Source: a candidate division WOR-3 bacterium (GTDB taxonomy: Bacteria > Hydrothermota > Tepidihabitantia > SM23-42 > JAOAFX01). From it: a stretch of 64,000 bases of DNA. The notes beneath the pieces are model-generated. The model saw only the letters and a program-made list of their open reading frames with translations. It made no database searches and had not been told where the DNA came from. Made by a program: the position numbers and the translations under genes. Each line of letters starts with the position of its first letter. Position 1 is the first letter of the stretch. Shown piece after piece: positions 40,301-50,358 of this stretch. Where the stretch lies: NCBI GenBank assembly GCA_039802005.1, contig JBDRVV010000003.1, forward strand, positions 64,595 through 128,594. The letters are read 5' to 3'.

Positions 40301-41180
40301 CAGGGAAACCGTAGAATATTAAATAATCATCTTTATCAAAACTATGGTCTTCTTCACCCTCAACAAATACAGGAATTTCTATGAGGGAATCAGGGAACTG
40401 CTGGAGCACATTTTTGGGCAATAGTTCAAATGCTGCATTGTATACCTTCATTGTTTGCGGGTCAAGTTGCCGCGGGTTTATCCCTGCCTTTTTTAGCTCA
40501 TCATACCCTATTTTATATAAACCTTCTTTATCTACTTCAATCTTAAACCATATGTTACTGACTGAAAATGGATTCTTTATTGTTTGTTCTAACCTTTCTC
40601 TACGCCAATATTTACACTGATCATAATTTATTATTACCCTCTTATAAATTTCCTCAAAAGAATCATTAAAGAGCGGTACCACCTTTGGTTTACCTTTAAA
40701 TTTGACTGTGATCTTCAAAACCCGCGAAATTATAATTTCTTTTTTAATAGGGTTATAGCGTACCGGATTTATTTTTAAACTAACTGTATTAATATCACGG
40801 AAATAATTAGGAGCAGATACTTCAATTATGTTTTCGGGATAGAGATGGTCTTTCTGATAGACTTTAGATACCTGATTATTAATCTCACCATAATCTCCCT
40901 CATATATTGCAAGTGACGGTACCGGCTTTATATCTATTCCAGAGTAAATTTCAGTATGATGTTCTATGACTCTCACATCCACATCGCCTTCCTGGGGAAT
41001 GCCTACAAATAAATTTAAAGAAGGTACATCGGGTTCACCGGGCTGGGCAAATGATGTCGCCCCGCTGAATTTTAAATTATTTAGTTCTATTTCTCTCCCG
41101 TAAAAATTAATCTGGATGCCCGCATCGCCCAGATTATTTACACTAACGGCAGAAATGATAAAGAAAGAAATGACAAACAT
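37338..41180 (-). CDS. Peptidase C25 (gingipain-like) cysteine peptidase, 1280 aa, with Ig-like modules and T9SS CTD
   Basis: YLIITHKNFY, YVLIVGDATYDY, GCFFGHGNTHQ (catalytic His) and FYFASCTVGRFD (catalytic Cys). CTD YPNPVKHHKGIWITF...KIYTIAGRLV...GVYLVNI. Confidence 0.75.
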   Translation of the reverse strand: MFVISFFIISAVSVNNLGDAGIQINFYGREIELNNLKFSGATSFAQPGEPDVPSLNLFVGIPQEGDVDVRVIEHHTEIYSGIDIKPVPSLAIYEGDYGEINNQVSKVYQKDHLYPENIIEVSAPNYFRDINTVSLKINPVRYNPIKKEIIISRVLKITVKFKGKPKVVPLFNDSFEEIYKRVIINYDQCKYWRRERLEQTIKNPFSVSNIWFKIEVDKEGLYKIGYDELKKAGINPRQLDPQTMKVYNAAFELLPKNVLQQFPDSLIEIPVFVEGEEDHSFDKDDYLIFYGFPASHFVPDTFLKWYENGYAKNNVYWFTFGGALGKRMEKVNATSNNSNPDTVVKEILHFEEDIHNPTRSGINWYWMDFSLGTAESTVVRVPLNHKYASGNANIIVSIFDSMSPSPQPFWYRLILDGQSFFNDTIVLPQTMSLPPVKLSGTCVLNKDSSIFEFWVRRLPPDTTRLTVYLNCFDIEYNRLADMTEPFHCFFKNPVDYSIRCKNVNSKPFIIDITDLRQPKMLDNFLMSGKNITFSSNCDSFQLLYAAQLKSAIDAKLIPVSPGRLRTVDNGSEYLIITHKNFYNSIMPLVNYRRQEYTTKVVTVDAIFDDFSFGKYDPLAIKHFLYHTYNNWSTIPKYVLIVGDATYDYKNNLGKENPPNYVPMYETGTTLSGNPGIPPNYIYEGEYVNFFGTEAMVLGRITVRTNKEVRDFIDKVFAYENSDIDGTWNRRIILSADDEYANGWEGTTHSSACEAVNSFVSNLLYDRAKIYMLSYLPFPPHDVNTVKPLATEDFIKELNKGALIGCFFGHGNTHQLAHEKLFIETDIPRVNNGRRFFFFYFASCTVGRFDDSDHECIAEEFVRMKQGAIGTMGAHAASNTSTNQPIGIELFRLFTHPDTNLTMGECYYIAKHRGNGISTYLMLGDPATKIRKVKQNFNIQTVQDSIRPLEKLKVLSDKKPYYLTAYIKDTTHIKWIDPTTVNKISSHIRRTVRVGPNTQDTLIFDYRIEGKEVYNGYWTIDTAQFAVPIISTTHLPVIKLSGYKDQTSSTLDSIRVWGTVMPTTDQEGPKVLFYDGARQLKNGDWVDKTFTLTGIVSDESGINLLNSKEDARGFFLYVGKDNVLNRVDLRNNFIYNQNSYSEGEFKTEITLDNPQESITVYVSDNCYNQTIEKILLNANIYERISIENVLIYPNPVKHHKGIWITFVLSQSAKVTIKIYTIAGRLVKVLPELSCHAGYNQKFWDGRDEYGDDLSNGVYLVNILAEGNSGTDKKIEKFIIAR

Positions 41181-41183
41181 AAT

Positions 41184-41351
41184 TTATCCTATCTTTTTTG
41201 CTTCATCAATAAGCATTATTGGAATGTCATCCTTTATAGGATAAGCAAGTTTACAATTGTGGCATAGAAGTTCTTCTTTTTCTTTATCATATTCAAGGTC
41301 ACCTTTACATTTCGGACAGCATAAAATTTCTAAGAGTTCTCTCTTGAGCAT
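41184..41351 (-). CDS. Trm112-like (DUF343/YcaR family) small zinc-ribbon protein, 55 aa; not in the ORF track
   Basis: Own translation [55 protein letters not shown]. CPxC...CxxC plus the IKDDIPIML motif typical of Trm112. RBS ggagg at 41355-41359. Confidence 0.55.
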   Translation of the reverse strand: MLKRELLEILCCPKCKGDLEYDKEKEELLCHNCKLAYPIKDDIPIMLIDEAKKIG

Positions 41352-42817
41352 AATACCTCCTGTGGTTTTGTTAAAACAAATTTATCTTTAAATGAATTAT
41401 AGCCGAGGTGTAAATAACCAAAACCGTATGCGCCCAAAAACGGCAAAAGAATATACTGACTATTGAAGAGCGCATACAAAAAGGTAAAAAAGATATAAAA
41501 ACCAATAGAAATTTCTAAAAACGGAATTAAACTATTAACCTCAATTATATATCTTTTATTTTTTACCCCGCCACTCTTCGGAGTTCTTGTAAAAACAATG
41601 TTTTTATTTAGCAATGCTTCAATGACTGCCTTGGTATTTGAGATTGTCAATCCCATACTATAGGCAATAACACTTGCGATATATGGAATTCGTCTTTTGT
41701 AATCAGTATAACTGAATTTTTGAGAGAAGAAATAAAGCAAAGGATAGCCAAATGCACCGATCGTAAAGAAAGAAGCGAATGTGTAGTAGGAATCAGCAAC
41801 AATCTTCTCTACCTTGAAATAAATTATCGGGAAGGAAAGCAAACCTAAAAGTAACATTGCAATAAAATTTATGTGGCAGGTAAGGTGAACAAATGCTTCG
41901 TATTTAACGAGAGGTTTCAAATCGCTTCTGAGCACATCTTTGAGCAATTTAAGTGCAACCTGGAATGTTCCTTTTGCCCACCTGTTTTGCTGAATGCGAA
42001 AACTATCCGCATCATCGGGTAATTCTCCAGGGACGACAACATCACCACGATATTTTATTCGCCAGCCCTTCAACTGCACCCGATATGAAAGGTCGAGATC
42101 CTCGGCAAGTGTATCCCCTGCCCAGCCGCCACCATCCATTATTGCAGCCTTGCGCCATACTCCGCAGGTTCCATTGAAATTTATAAAAAGCCCAGCCTTA
42201 TTCCTTAATTCCTGTTCATTGATAAAATGGTTATCAAGTCCAACCGCCTGACTCTTTGTAAGTAGCGATTCTTCCACATTAAGATGTCCCCATCTTGCCT
42301 GAACCGCTCCAACCACTGGATCATCAAATTCGGGCAAGAGTTTTTTGAGAAAATCTCTTGGTGGAACAAAATCAGCATCAAAGACTGCAATGAACTCACC
42401 CTTAGCAATCATCAAACCATATTGAAGTGCACCCGCCTTGAACCCCTGCCTTGTGCCTCTTCTTATATGTTTAATATCATAACCGATTTCTAATTTTTCT
42501 TTCAAGATATCATCAATTATTCTCGTAGTCTCATCATTAGAATCATCAAGAATCTGAATTTCAAGTTTCTCTTTTGGATAATCAATCATTAACACGCTAT
42601 TTATCAACCGTCTCACGACAAATTTTTCATTATAAACAGGCAATTGTATGGTGACATTGGGATATGTTTTTAAAATCCCAGGGACTCCAATTATTGTTTT
42701 ATCACCTTTTTTCTTCCTGAATTTGAAATGTAAATAAAGCAATACATAAGAGTGCATTGAATAAAATAATAAGACAAAGAGTACTATTGTATAGACAAAA
42801 AGTACCAAACTGGTCAA
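41330..42817 (-). CDS. Processive family-2 glycosyltransferase (cellulose/chitin-synthase-like) with C-terminal TM helices
   Basis: ILDDSND, FDADF (DxD) and QNRWAKG (QxxRW). N- and C-terminal TM segments. Confidence 0.7.
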   Translation of the reverse strand: MTSLVLFVYTIVLFVLLFYSMHSYVLLYLHFKFRKKKGDKTIIGVPGILKTYPNVTIQLPVYNEKFVVRRLINSVLMIDYPKEKLEIQILDDSNDETTRIIDDILKEKLEIGYDIKHIRRGTRQGFKAGALQYGLMIAKGEFIAVFDADFVPPRDFLKKLLPEFDDPVVGAVQARWGHLNVEESLLTKSQAVGLDNHFINEQELRNKAGLFINFNGTCGVWRKAAIMDGGGWAGDTLAEDLDLSYRVQLKGWRIKYRGDVVVPGELPDDADSFRIQQNRWAKGTFQVALKLLKDVLRSDLKPLVKYEAFVHLTCHINFIAMLLLGLLSFPIIYFKVEKIVADSYYTFASFFTIGAFGYPLLYFFSQKFSYTDYKRRIPYIASVIAYSMGLTISNTKAVIEALLNKNIVFTRTPKSGGVKNKRYIIEVNSLIPFLEISIGFYIFFTFLYALFNSQYILLPFLGAYGFGYLHLGYNSFKDKFVLTKPQEVLCSRENS

Positions 42818-43989
42818 TCAGACCCCTTGGTTGCTGGCAGTATCTCCATTTTAAATAAGGGTTGAGACATAAATGCCTTGTATTTAAGAATTTCAAGATA
42901 TTCCATATCAGGATATATGATAATTTTATCCATTTTTTTATCTTTGTCAAGTCTTGCGGTTGCAATTAGAACGCTGTCTATCTCAATGGCAATCTCCTCT
43001 GCCGGCTCAATCTTCTTTTTTAATTTTATTGTGATATAAGGGCGGGAAAAAGCGTCAAAACTCAAATTAGTAGATTTTATAATTCCGTAATCATATTTGA
43101 TATCTTTTAAGTAGATTGTCTGATTAACATTTCCTTTAAGATAGGAAATACGGGATGCTTCGTTGCTATTGCGGGCTACATGATAAATTGTGGTGATTCC
43201 AGGGGCGAGTAAATCCCTAATATCATGAATATTATATTCTCCAGGTACTCTAAGAATTATCTTACTACCTTCTTTATTCAATCTCCAATTTAGTTTTAAT
43301 AATTTTAAACGATTCTTTATTTTCTTGACAGCCTGTTTCTGGTTTATTGAACTATCAGGTTTAATTTCATAATTTTTTATATCAATATAAGGCGGTGTAA
43401 TAATTCTGTTATGATTATAATCATCAATTTTCAATCTCCAGTAAACACTTGAATCAGGTAATCCCACCCAGAGCATTTCAGGTAGATATGTTTTGCGTGA
43501 GATCTCAATATAACCAATCATCTCCCGCCACCTATCCGGTGCGAGAAAGGGCAAAGTAGCATTAGAACGGAATAGAAATTTATCATTTTCACTTAAAAGT
43601 TCAAATTTGTTAAACTCAAGAATCCTTTTGACTTGGGCATATATATTTGATTCTTCACCCCTTGCGGATTCTATCCACCTACCTTCCTTTTTTGACCATT
43701 CCCTGTCGTTTATCCCGATATATTCAAAATCAATTATCGTATCGCCATAATCCCAAGTTCCTTTAATATATTCCGCCCGACCAATAATACAATCGCCCTT
43801 TGCAGATATTCTTGCATAAGCTGTATTCAGCTCATACTCATATCGGAAGGATTTTTGATAGGAAAGATTCTTCATCCAGAACTTTACATCTTCCTTGGGG
43901 TCAGGTGAATAGACAAATTTCGGGGCACAATGCATTAGCAAAGAAAAAGCCAAGAAAATTATCAATCTTCTTCCATATTTTATCTGCAT
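42814..43989 (-). CDS. Hypothetical secreted/lipoprotein, translationally coupled upstream partner of the GT2
   Basis: Signal peptide with Cys (LLMHCAP). Stop overlaps the GT2 start. Confidence 0.4.
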   Translation of the reverse strand: MQIKYGRRLIIFLAFSLLMHCAPKFVYSPDPKEDVKFWMKNLSYQKSFRYEYELNTAYARISAKGDCIIGRAEYIKGTWDYGDTIIDFEYIGINDREWSKKEGRWIESARGEESNIYAQVKRILEFNKFELLSENDKFLFRSNATLPFLAPDRWREMIGYIEISRKTYLPEMLWVGLPDSSVYWRLKIDDYNHNRIITPPYIDIKNYEIKPDSSINQKQAVKKIKNRLKLLKLNWRLNKEGSKIILRVPGEYNIHDIRDLLAPGITTIYHVARNSNEASRISYLKGNVNQTIYLKDIKYDYGIIKSTNLSFDAFSRPYITIKLKKKIEPAEEIAIEIDSVLIATARLDKDKKMDKIIIYPDMEYLEILKYKAFMSQPLFKMEILPATKGSD

Positions 43990-44078
43990 AGCTTATTATA
44001 GCCAAAAATGATAGAATATCAAGTCAGAAGTGCCCCTTGACAAAAAGATTTTTATAGGTAACATATATACATTAGGGG

Positions 44079-44798
44079 GTGGCAATGAAAAAGTTAAAAA
44101 TAATTTTCCCAATATTATATTTTGTAAGCGTTATTTTATTGATAATACATTCTGATTGCAAAAATCCGGACGAATACAAACCGAAAGGTGATTCATTGCT
44201 TCCACCTCCTGCTCCACCAAGACTACTTACCCCACCCGACAGTTTTGTTCATATGCCATTTGGTAGCCCAAGGCTCATTATTTCATGGGAAAATATAGAA
44301 GATGCAGAAATATACGAAATCAATTTTGTTGCAGAAAAAGGCCGCACATGGACATTACAATTAGATACTAATGCATTAATCCAGAGTTGGGCAGATACTT
44401 TACTTTTTGATAAGTATAAATGGAAGGTAAGGGCATACAGTTCAAAATGGGATTATTATACAAACTGGTCTGAAGAATGGCATTTTGAGGTGAATTTTCG
44501 TTTTTTGCCACCGACTCCACTTTTTCCAAAATTTGACACAAGTTTATATTTTGACTCTTTACCCGCACCTATAACATTCCACTGGACAGAGGTGACCAAC
44601 GCACAGTATTATAATATTAGATTGTATAGAGACACTACATATCTATTTGATTATAATGTATCTACTAACTCGGAAACTATAATAATTGATACAAGCGGAA
44701 TTTACTACTGGCAGGTCCTCGCTGGAAATAAAAACTGGCAATACGACACAGGATGGTCTTTTAAATCTCGCTTTAGAGTATTTATAGGGAAAAAATAG
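44079..44798 (+). CDS. Hypothetical lipoprotein with two Fn3-like repeats
   Basis: Lipobox-like IHSDC; proline-rich linker; two repeats each carrying W...A.Y.I motifs. Confidence 0.4.
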   Translation: MAMKKLKIIFPILYFVSVILLIIHSDCKNPDEYKPKGDSLLPPPAPPRLLTPPDSFVHMPFGSPRLIISWENIEDAEIYEINFVAEKGRTWTLQLDTNALIQSWADTLLFDKYKWKVRAYSSKWDYYTNWSEEWHFEVNFRFLPPTPLFPKFDTSLYFDSLPAPITFHWTEVTNAQYYNIRLYRDTTYLFDYNVSTNSETIIIDTSGIYYWQVLAGNKNWQYDTGWSFKSRFRVFIGKK

Positions 44799-44825
44799 TT
44801 TAGATTTCTGACGCAAATCTTGTCC

Positions 44826-44853
44826 TTGACATCAAAAATCCTTTAGATATAAT
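44826..44853 (+). promoter_or_regulatory. Sigma-70 promoter TTGACA-N16-TATAAT
   Basis: TTGACA 44826-44831 and TATAAT 44848-44853; ATG at 44872. Confidence 0.4.
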
Positions 44854-44871
44854 CAATTGAAAGGGGGCTAA

Positions 44872-47619
44872 ATGTTCAGGTTTATTGTCTTTATTTTCGT
44901 TATTGGTTTTGCCTTTTCAGGCATACTTAAAGATGATAATCTACCCGGAATAGATATAGAAATTTCTAATAACGAGACGAGATACATAACACCTACTGCT
45001 ATGATACCAAAATTTTTGCCCCAGACGGTTAAATATAATCCTTCCCGCGCCGAGACTTTATGGGTTGACCGCAATCATCAATATGCTATTGCAGAACATG
45101 TTTCAATTACTGGAAATGGTATGTTTATCCAGGCAGGTTGGTGGTTAAATAATAAAAGGACAAGTTTATATAGAACACTCGGAAATAACACTCCATTATG
45201 GACTTTTCCCTTACCGCTTACCGAATGGTATATTCCGGTTGATGTATCTTCAACCGGAGAAGATATAGCCGTCGGCTCTACGGGTGAGCCATTTTATAGT
45301 TTTACTGCGAATAGTGCGGCTCCTAAATGGCGTTTTAACCTTCCACCAGGTTACAAAATTGCTACAAGTTCTCAGGGAACATGCGTTGCAGTTAGTGAAA
45401 ATGGTTCAATCTATGGGGTACTTGCAAGTGCATCGGATGTAGCTAAATTATTTATCTTCAATCAAAACGGTGACACAATACGCACAATCACATTTTCTCC
45501 CAATAGCGGTATTTACGGACTTGATATTTCCAATGATGGCAATGTATTTTGTATCTCAACTTATTATGCAACATATATTTATAATCTTAATGGGACAAGA
45601 CGCGACTCGCTCTATAATTACGGACAGAGCAGTGCAAAAATTTCTGGCGATGGAAAATATCTCGTAAAAGGACATTTCAATGGAAGAGTGTATCTCTATC
45701 GCTGGACCGGTTCTAATTATACATTAAAATGGGAACATTACACGGGTCACCCCTGGGTTACTGCTGTAGCAATATCTGATAACGGTGCCACAATCATGGC
45801 GGGGACATTCCAGTATAGCCCGACTTATTCCGGAAAGGTTTTGATGTATGATTCAACATCCTCAACACCGCTCTGGGAATATAGTCAGTATGGCGATTAT
45901 ATTGATGAGTGTGCCCTTTCTGCCAACGGAGAAAGGGGTGCTGCAGTATCATGGGGACAATACCAGGGAACATTTGGAGATGTACTCACAGTCTTTAATA
46001 AATCATCCTCCACGCCAATATTTCAGTTATTAGACGACATTGATGAACCTGGTTCATTAACTTCAGTAGATATTTCAAAGGATGGTTCATTCGTTACTGC
46101 TGGCGGGAAAGCAGTCCACGCAAGAGAATTTGGAAACGGTGGCGAGTTATATGCTATTAGGATAATTGACCAATTAGCAAACGATGTCGGCGTGAAGAGT
46201 ATTAACTCGCCAGGGAATTTTTTACAGGTTGGACAGTCAATCGCACCGCAGGCAACGGTAAAAAATTATGGAACTGCTTCTGCCAGTTTTTCTACATACT
46301 ATTTTATTTATGATTCTCTCGGCGCTGTTCTTTATCAATCAACCGCTTCAGTAAACAATCTCCAGAGCGGTGCAGAACAGGTACTGAACTTCTCGCCCAA
46401 CTGGACAGTCCCTGCTTACGGCAGATATACGACCGTTGCCTATACTGCTCTTTCAGGGGATCAATATCCTGCAAATGATACACTAAAAAAGGGTAGTATC
46501 TGTTTCCATGATGGTGCAGTATCAAGGATTGAATTTCCATTCGATGAACTGACTTTGAATTATACAAGAGCGCCTCGTGTTACAATCACAAATAACGGCA
46601 GTTATTCAGAAAATATACCCGTGGTATGTAAAATCTATGATGCTGGTAATAACCTTGTTTACACAGGTAATGGCCAGGCATATCTTACACCGCTCCAGTC
46701 CAACACGATCTGGTTAAACCCTGCCTGGGCACCTGCAACAACCCAGATACATTCTGTTTATTTCTACACTAATGTAAATGACGATTATAATCGTAGTAAT
46801 GATACATTAATGAAACAGGTCAACATAACGACGGAAATTTTATATGATGATGGTAACCTTGATGTCTATGGTTATGTATCCCCGAACTTCTATGATAACA
46901 AGTTTGCCCAGAAAATGATTCCCTGTTTGTCCGCACCATTTGTTATAACCCAGGCAAGGTTTTTTGCAAGCACATCTTCACCCATGCTCATATCATTAAA
47001 TGCTGATTCTTCAGGACTACCAGGGCTTACCCCTGATTATTACATTGCACCACCTGAAACGATATTTCCTCCAGGGAGCGGCTGGGCAGTAAAAAGCTAT
47101 TCACCACCAATCGTTATAAATAACTCAAATCCCTTCTGGCTTGTCCTTCACTGGCTCTCAAATTCACCAAGTGCCCCTTATGTCGGAATGGATAACGCAA
47201 TCCCAAGGGACAGCGTATCATACTGGTACTGGACCGAACCGTCAAATTATGGATGGCATACCTGGTATCCCTATGATTTTATGATGCGCGTCACTACAGA
47301 CTATGCACCAGGTATATCTGATAATAAAAAAACATCTGCGGAAAAATTTATGCTCTACCATCCTTTTCCCAATCCGTTTACTAATAAAGTCAGAATCTTA
47401 TTCTATTCACCAGAGCAAAGAGAGATTAAACTAAATGTCTATGATGCAACAGGCCGTCTGGTAAGGTCATTAATAAATGGGAAAATAGAAAATGGAAGAC
47501 ATCTGATTATATGGAATGGAAAAGATAACGAAAATCGAGAAGTGAGTTCTGGGATCTATTTTATTAAAGCGGATTACGCAAACAAAGTTTATACTGAAAA
47601 GGTCATTTTAATGAAATAG
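44872..47619 (+). CDS. Secreted beta-propeller + CARDB-domain protein with T9SS CTD
   Basis: Signal peptide. Repeated propeller blades of roughly 45 aa (e.g. ISNDGNVFC, SGDGKYLV, ISDNGATIM). Two CARDB-like blocks, e.g. NDVGVKSINSPG...ATVKNYG. CTD YHPFPNPFTNKVRILF...KLNVYDATGRLV...GIYFIKA. Confidence 0.5.
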   Translation: MFRFIVFIFVIGFAFSGILKDDNLPGIDIEISNNETRYITPTAMIPKFLPQTVKYNPSRAETLWVDRNHQYAIAEHVSITGNGMFIQAGWWLNNKRTSLYRTLGNNTPLWTFPLPLTEWYIPVDVSSTGEDIAVGSTGEPFYSFTANSAAPKWRFNLPPGYKIATSSQGTCVAVSENGSIYGVLASASDVAKLFIFNQNGDTIRTITFSPNSGIYGLDISNDGNVFCISTYYATYIYNLNGTRRDSLYNYGQSSAKISGDGKYLVKGHFNGRVYLYRWTGSNYTLKWEHYTGHPWVTAVAISDNGATIMAGTFQYSPTYSGKVLMYDSTSSTPLWEYSQYGDYIDECALSANGERGAAVSWGQYQGTFGDVLTVFNKSSSTPIFQLLDDIDEPGSLTSVDISKDGSFVTAGGKAVHAREFGNGGELYAIRIIDQLANDVGVKSINSPGNFLQVGQSIAPQATVKNYGTASASFSTYYFIYDSLGAVLYQSTASVNNLQSGAEQVLNFSPNWTVPAYGRYTTVAYTALSGDQYPANDTLKKGSICFHDGAVSRIEFPFDELTLNYTRAPRVTITNNGSYSENIPVVCKIYDAGNNLVYTGNGQAYLTPLQSNTIWLNPAWAPATTQIHSVYFYTNVNDDYNRSNDTLMKQVNITTEILYDDGNLDVYGYVSPNFYDNKFAQKMIPCLSAPFVITQARFFASTSSPMLISLNADSSGLPGLTPDYYIAPPETIFPPGSGWAVKSYSPPIVINNSNPFWLVLHWLSNSPSAPYVGMDNAIPRDSVSYWYWTEPSNYGWHTWYPYDFMMRVTTDYAPGISDNKKTSAEKFMLYHPFPNPFTNKVRILFYSPEQREIKLNVYDATGRLVRSLINGKIENGRHLIIWNGKDNENREVSSGIYFIKADYANKVYTEKVILMK

Positions 47620-47695
47620 TTCATATTTTTAAAAAACATAACCATAATTAAAACCCTTTCAAAGTGGTAATAATAAATAATAGAAAGGAGCAACT

Positions 47696-49108
47696 ATGCG
47701 TTTTGATAAAATCATTTTGCGTATAACAACGCTGTCATTTATGTGTCTTTTCCCTGGCTATTGCCAGTACCTTAAAGACGCTGGGATAAACACCGTGATA
47801 CTTAACGAATTGAGGTCTTCACTCAATCTAAGTATAGAAGACACAGCACTAATCAACGCCCTGACCAATAACGATCTCCATGAATTGACATTGAATAGAG
47901 AATTTCTAAAGAACCATAATACACTGTTCAGTAATAAGATTGAGACCAAAGGGATTACCGACCAGAAGAATAGTGGTAGATGCTGGATATTTGCAGGATT
48001 AAATCTGTTAAGGCCTGGTGTTATAAAAAAATACAATCTAAAAAATTTCGAATTTTCTCAGTCCTATATCGCATTTTACGATAAACTTGAGAAGGCAAAT
48101 TTCGTCCTTGAATTTGTGATACAGACAAAAGACCGCGACATATTAGACCGGGAACTAAGCGAAATCCTTGATGAAGGTGTCCAGGACGGTGGATACTGGA
48201 GTTGGTTTGTTTCCCTTGTCGAAAAGTATGGTCTGGTGCCAAAGGATGTCTATCCTGAAACTTATCCTACAAGTAATACCTGGTTGATGAACAGGGTGAT
48301 TAATGAACAGGTCCTCGCTGGAGCAAGCATGATAAGAAAAATGGCAAAAGAAGGGTCGGATGATAATGACCTTAGAGCCCATAAGTTAAAAATACTAAAA
48401 GAAATCTATAAAATTCTTGTGATGAATTTCACAGAACCACCAGAAAAATTTATCTGGCGATATGAAGATAAAAATGGGAAAATATTCGAGACAAAAATTT
48501 ATACTCCTCTTGATTTCTATAAAGAGACAGTCGGGGTCAATTTAAATGATTATGTCTCATTGATACATTATCCAGGGCGGGAGTTTAATCGTCTTTATGA
48601 ATTTGATAATTGTCGCAATGTCTTTGATCTACCCAATCCACAAAGTGCCAATGTTAATATTGAAATCATAAAGGAGTTGGTAAAAAAATCTATTTTGAAT
48701 AATGAACCTGTATGGTTCGCCTGTGATATAGGAAAAGGGAGTGACCGTAAAACAGGGATCTTGAGTTCAAAGATTTATAATTATGATGCCCTATTCAAGC
48801 CAGCATTCAAAATGGATAAAGAAAATAGAATATTTTATAGATTTAGTTCTTCCAACCACGCAATGGTGCTACTGGGAGTGGATATTAAAGACAATAAAAT
48901 TGTTAAATGGCTTGTTGAGAATAGTCATGGTAATGATGAAGGTGAACAGGGTTTTTATACAATGTATAATGATTGGTTTGATGATTATGTTTATGAAGTA
49001 ATAATTAATGTAAAATATTTGCCTGACGAAATAAGAAAAATTTTTGAGCAAAAACCAATCCATCTACCCCTTTGGGACCCTATGGCTGAATTGCTGAAAG
49101 TAGAATAG
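47696..49108 (+). CDS. pepC: Aminopeptidase C / bleomycin hydrolase (C1B) with N-terminal signal-like segment
   Basis: Active-site block QKNSGRCWIFAGLNLLR; His/Asn region NHAMVLLGV...ENSHG. Confidence 0.75.
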   Translation: MRFDKIILRITTLSFMCLFPGYCQYLKDAGINTVILNELRSSLNLSIEDTALINALTNNDLHELTLNREFLKNHNTLFSNKIETKGITDQKNSGRCWIFAGLNLLRPGVIKKYNLKNFEFSQSYIAFYDKLEKANFVLEFVIQTKDRDILDRELSEILDEGVQDGGYWSWFVSLVEKYGLVPKDVYPETYPTSNTWLMNRVINEQVLAGASMIRKMAKEGSDDNDLRAHKLKILKEIYKILVMNFTEPPEKFIWRYEDKNGKIFETKIYTPLDFYKETVGVNLNDYVSLIHYPGREFNRLYEFDNCRNVFDLPNPQSANVNIEIIKELVKKSILNNEPVWFACDIGKGSDRKTGILSSKIYNYDALFKPAFKMDKENRIFYRFSSSNHAMVLLGVDIKDNKIVKWLVENSHGNDEGEQGFYTMYNDWFDDYVYEVIINVKYLPDEIRKIFEQKPIHLPLWDPMAELLKVE

Positions 49109-49117
49109 TATCATTAG

Positions 49118-50356
49118 ATGAAATTAGATTCAGTTTTGCCCCGAGGTTTTTCCAGGGATATCTGGGCACTTTTCACCACAAGTGTCATAAGTGCAATTGG
49201 TTTTTCAATAACAATGCCCTATATGAGTCTTTATTTAAATAATGTTTTGCATATTCCAATGACCATTGTCGGCACAATATTAATGTTTGCCCAGATAATT
49301 GGAGCAACCGTAGGTTTGTATGGCGGTGAAATAAGCGACAAATTTGGTAGAAAATTTATAATGGTTCGCTCATTATCAGGAAGATTTATTCTATTTGCCT
49401 CAATGGGTTTTATTATCCTACACTGGCACAATGTTTATACTATATTTGCCTTTCTCATTTTAAACTCAATATTATTTTCATTCTATATACCCGCGTCCCA
49501 GGCATATATAGCCGATTTGACCGAAACAAACGAACGATTAAAGGCATATGGTTTACTGCGGATGGGTGGAAATCTGGGCTGGGCTCTCGGTCCAGCACTC
49601 GGCGGATTACTTGCATCTATAGAATATGCCTACCTTTTTTTTGTTACTGCATTATGTATGTTAATTGCCACGATTATTTTAGTAAATTACTGTAAGGAAT
49701 CTTTATTCCATAAAAAAAATTTTGAGAATAATGCTCTATCACAAAACCAGAAAAACTTTATTATATCAATCAATCTGAAAGAAATATTTTCAGTAATTAA
49801 TGACCAGAAATTCTTAATTTTCACATTGATTTCCCTCAGCATATTTATTGTATGGGGACAACTTGTATCACCATTATCAATTTATACAGTCAATCGCATT
49901 GGAATAACCAAAAGCCAACTTGGAATATTATTCTCTATCAATGGATTTATGGTTGTCTTATTTCAATATTTCATAACCCACTTAATTCCCGATAAAAAAG
50001 AACTATCTGCACTATGGATTGGTTCATTAATATATGGCATAGGCTATCTATCACTCGGTTTTGCTAATGGTTTCTCCGCTCTTATTTTTTCAATGATCTT
50101 AATAACAATCGCCGAAATGGTGATAACACCTTCAAGTCAAAGTTATGCGTCTAAAATTGCACGCCCTGAGAATAGAGGTAGATATCTTGCGTTCTATAAT
50201 CTTGCTCAGACCTTTGGCTGGGCATTTGGTCCAATGCTTGGTGGAATTCTACTTGATACATTTCCTGGTCGTTCAATCTTCATCTGGGGTATAATTACTT
50301 TCATTGCTTTATTCTCGGCGGTGGGATTTATAATCTACAAAAATAACGAGAAATAA
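49118..50356 (+). CDS. MFS transporter
   Basis: 12 predicted TM helices; the MFS loop motifs G.ISDKFGRK and RPENRGR. Confidence 0.65.
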   Translation: MKLDSVLPRGFSRDIWALFTTSVISAIGFSITMPYMSLYLNNVLHIPMTIVGTILMFAQIIGATVGLYGGEISDKFGRKFIMVRSLSGRFILFASMGFIILHWHNVYTIFAFLILNSILFSFYIPASQAYIADLTETNERLKAYGLLRMGGNLGWALGPALGGLLASIEYAYLFFVTALCMLIATIILVNYCKESLFHKKNFENNALSQNQKNFIISINLKEIFSVINDQKFLIFTLISLSIFIVWGQLVSPLSIYTVNRIGITKSQLGILFSINGFMVVLFQYFITHLIPDKKELSALWIGSLIYGIGYLSLGFANGFSALIFSMILITIAEMVITPSSQSYASKIARPENRGRYLAFYNLAQTFGWAFGPMLGGILLDTFPGRSIFIWGIITFIALFSAVGFIIYKNNEK

Positions 50357-50358
50357 AA

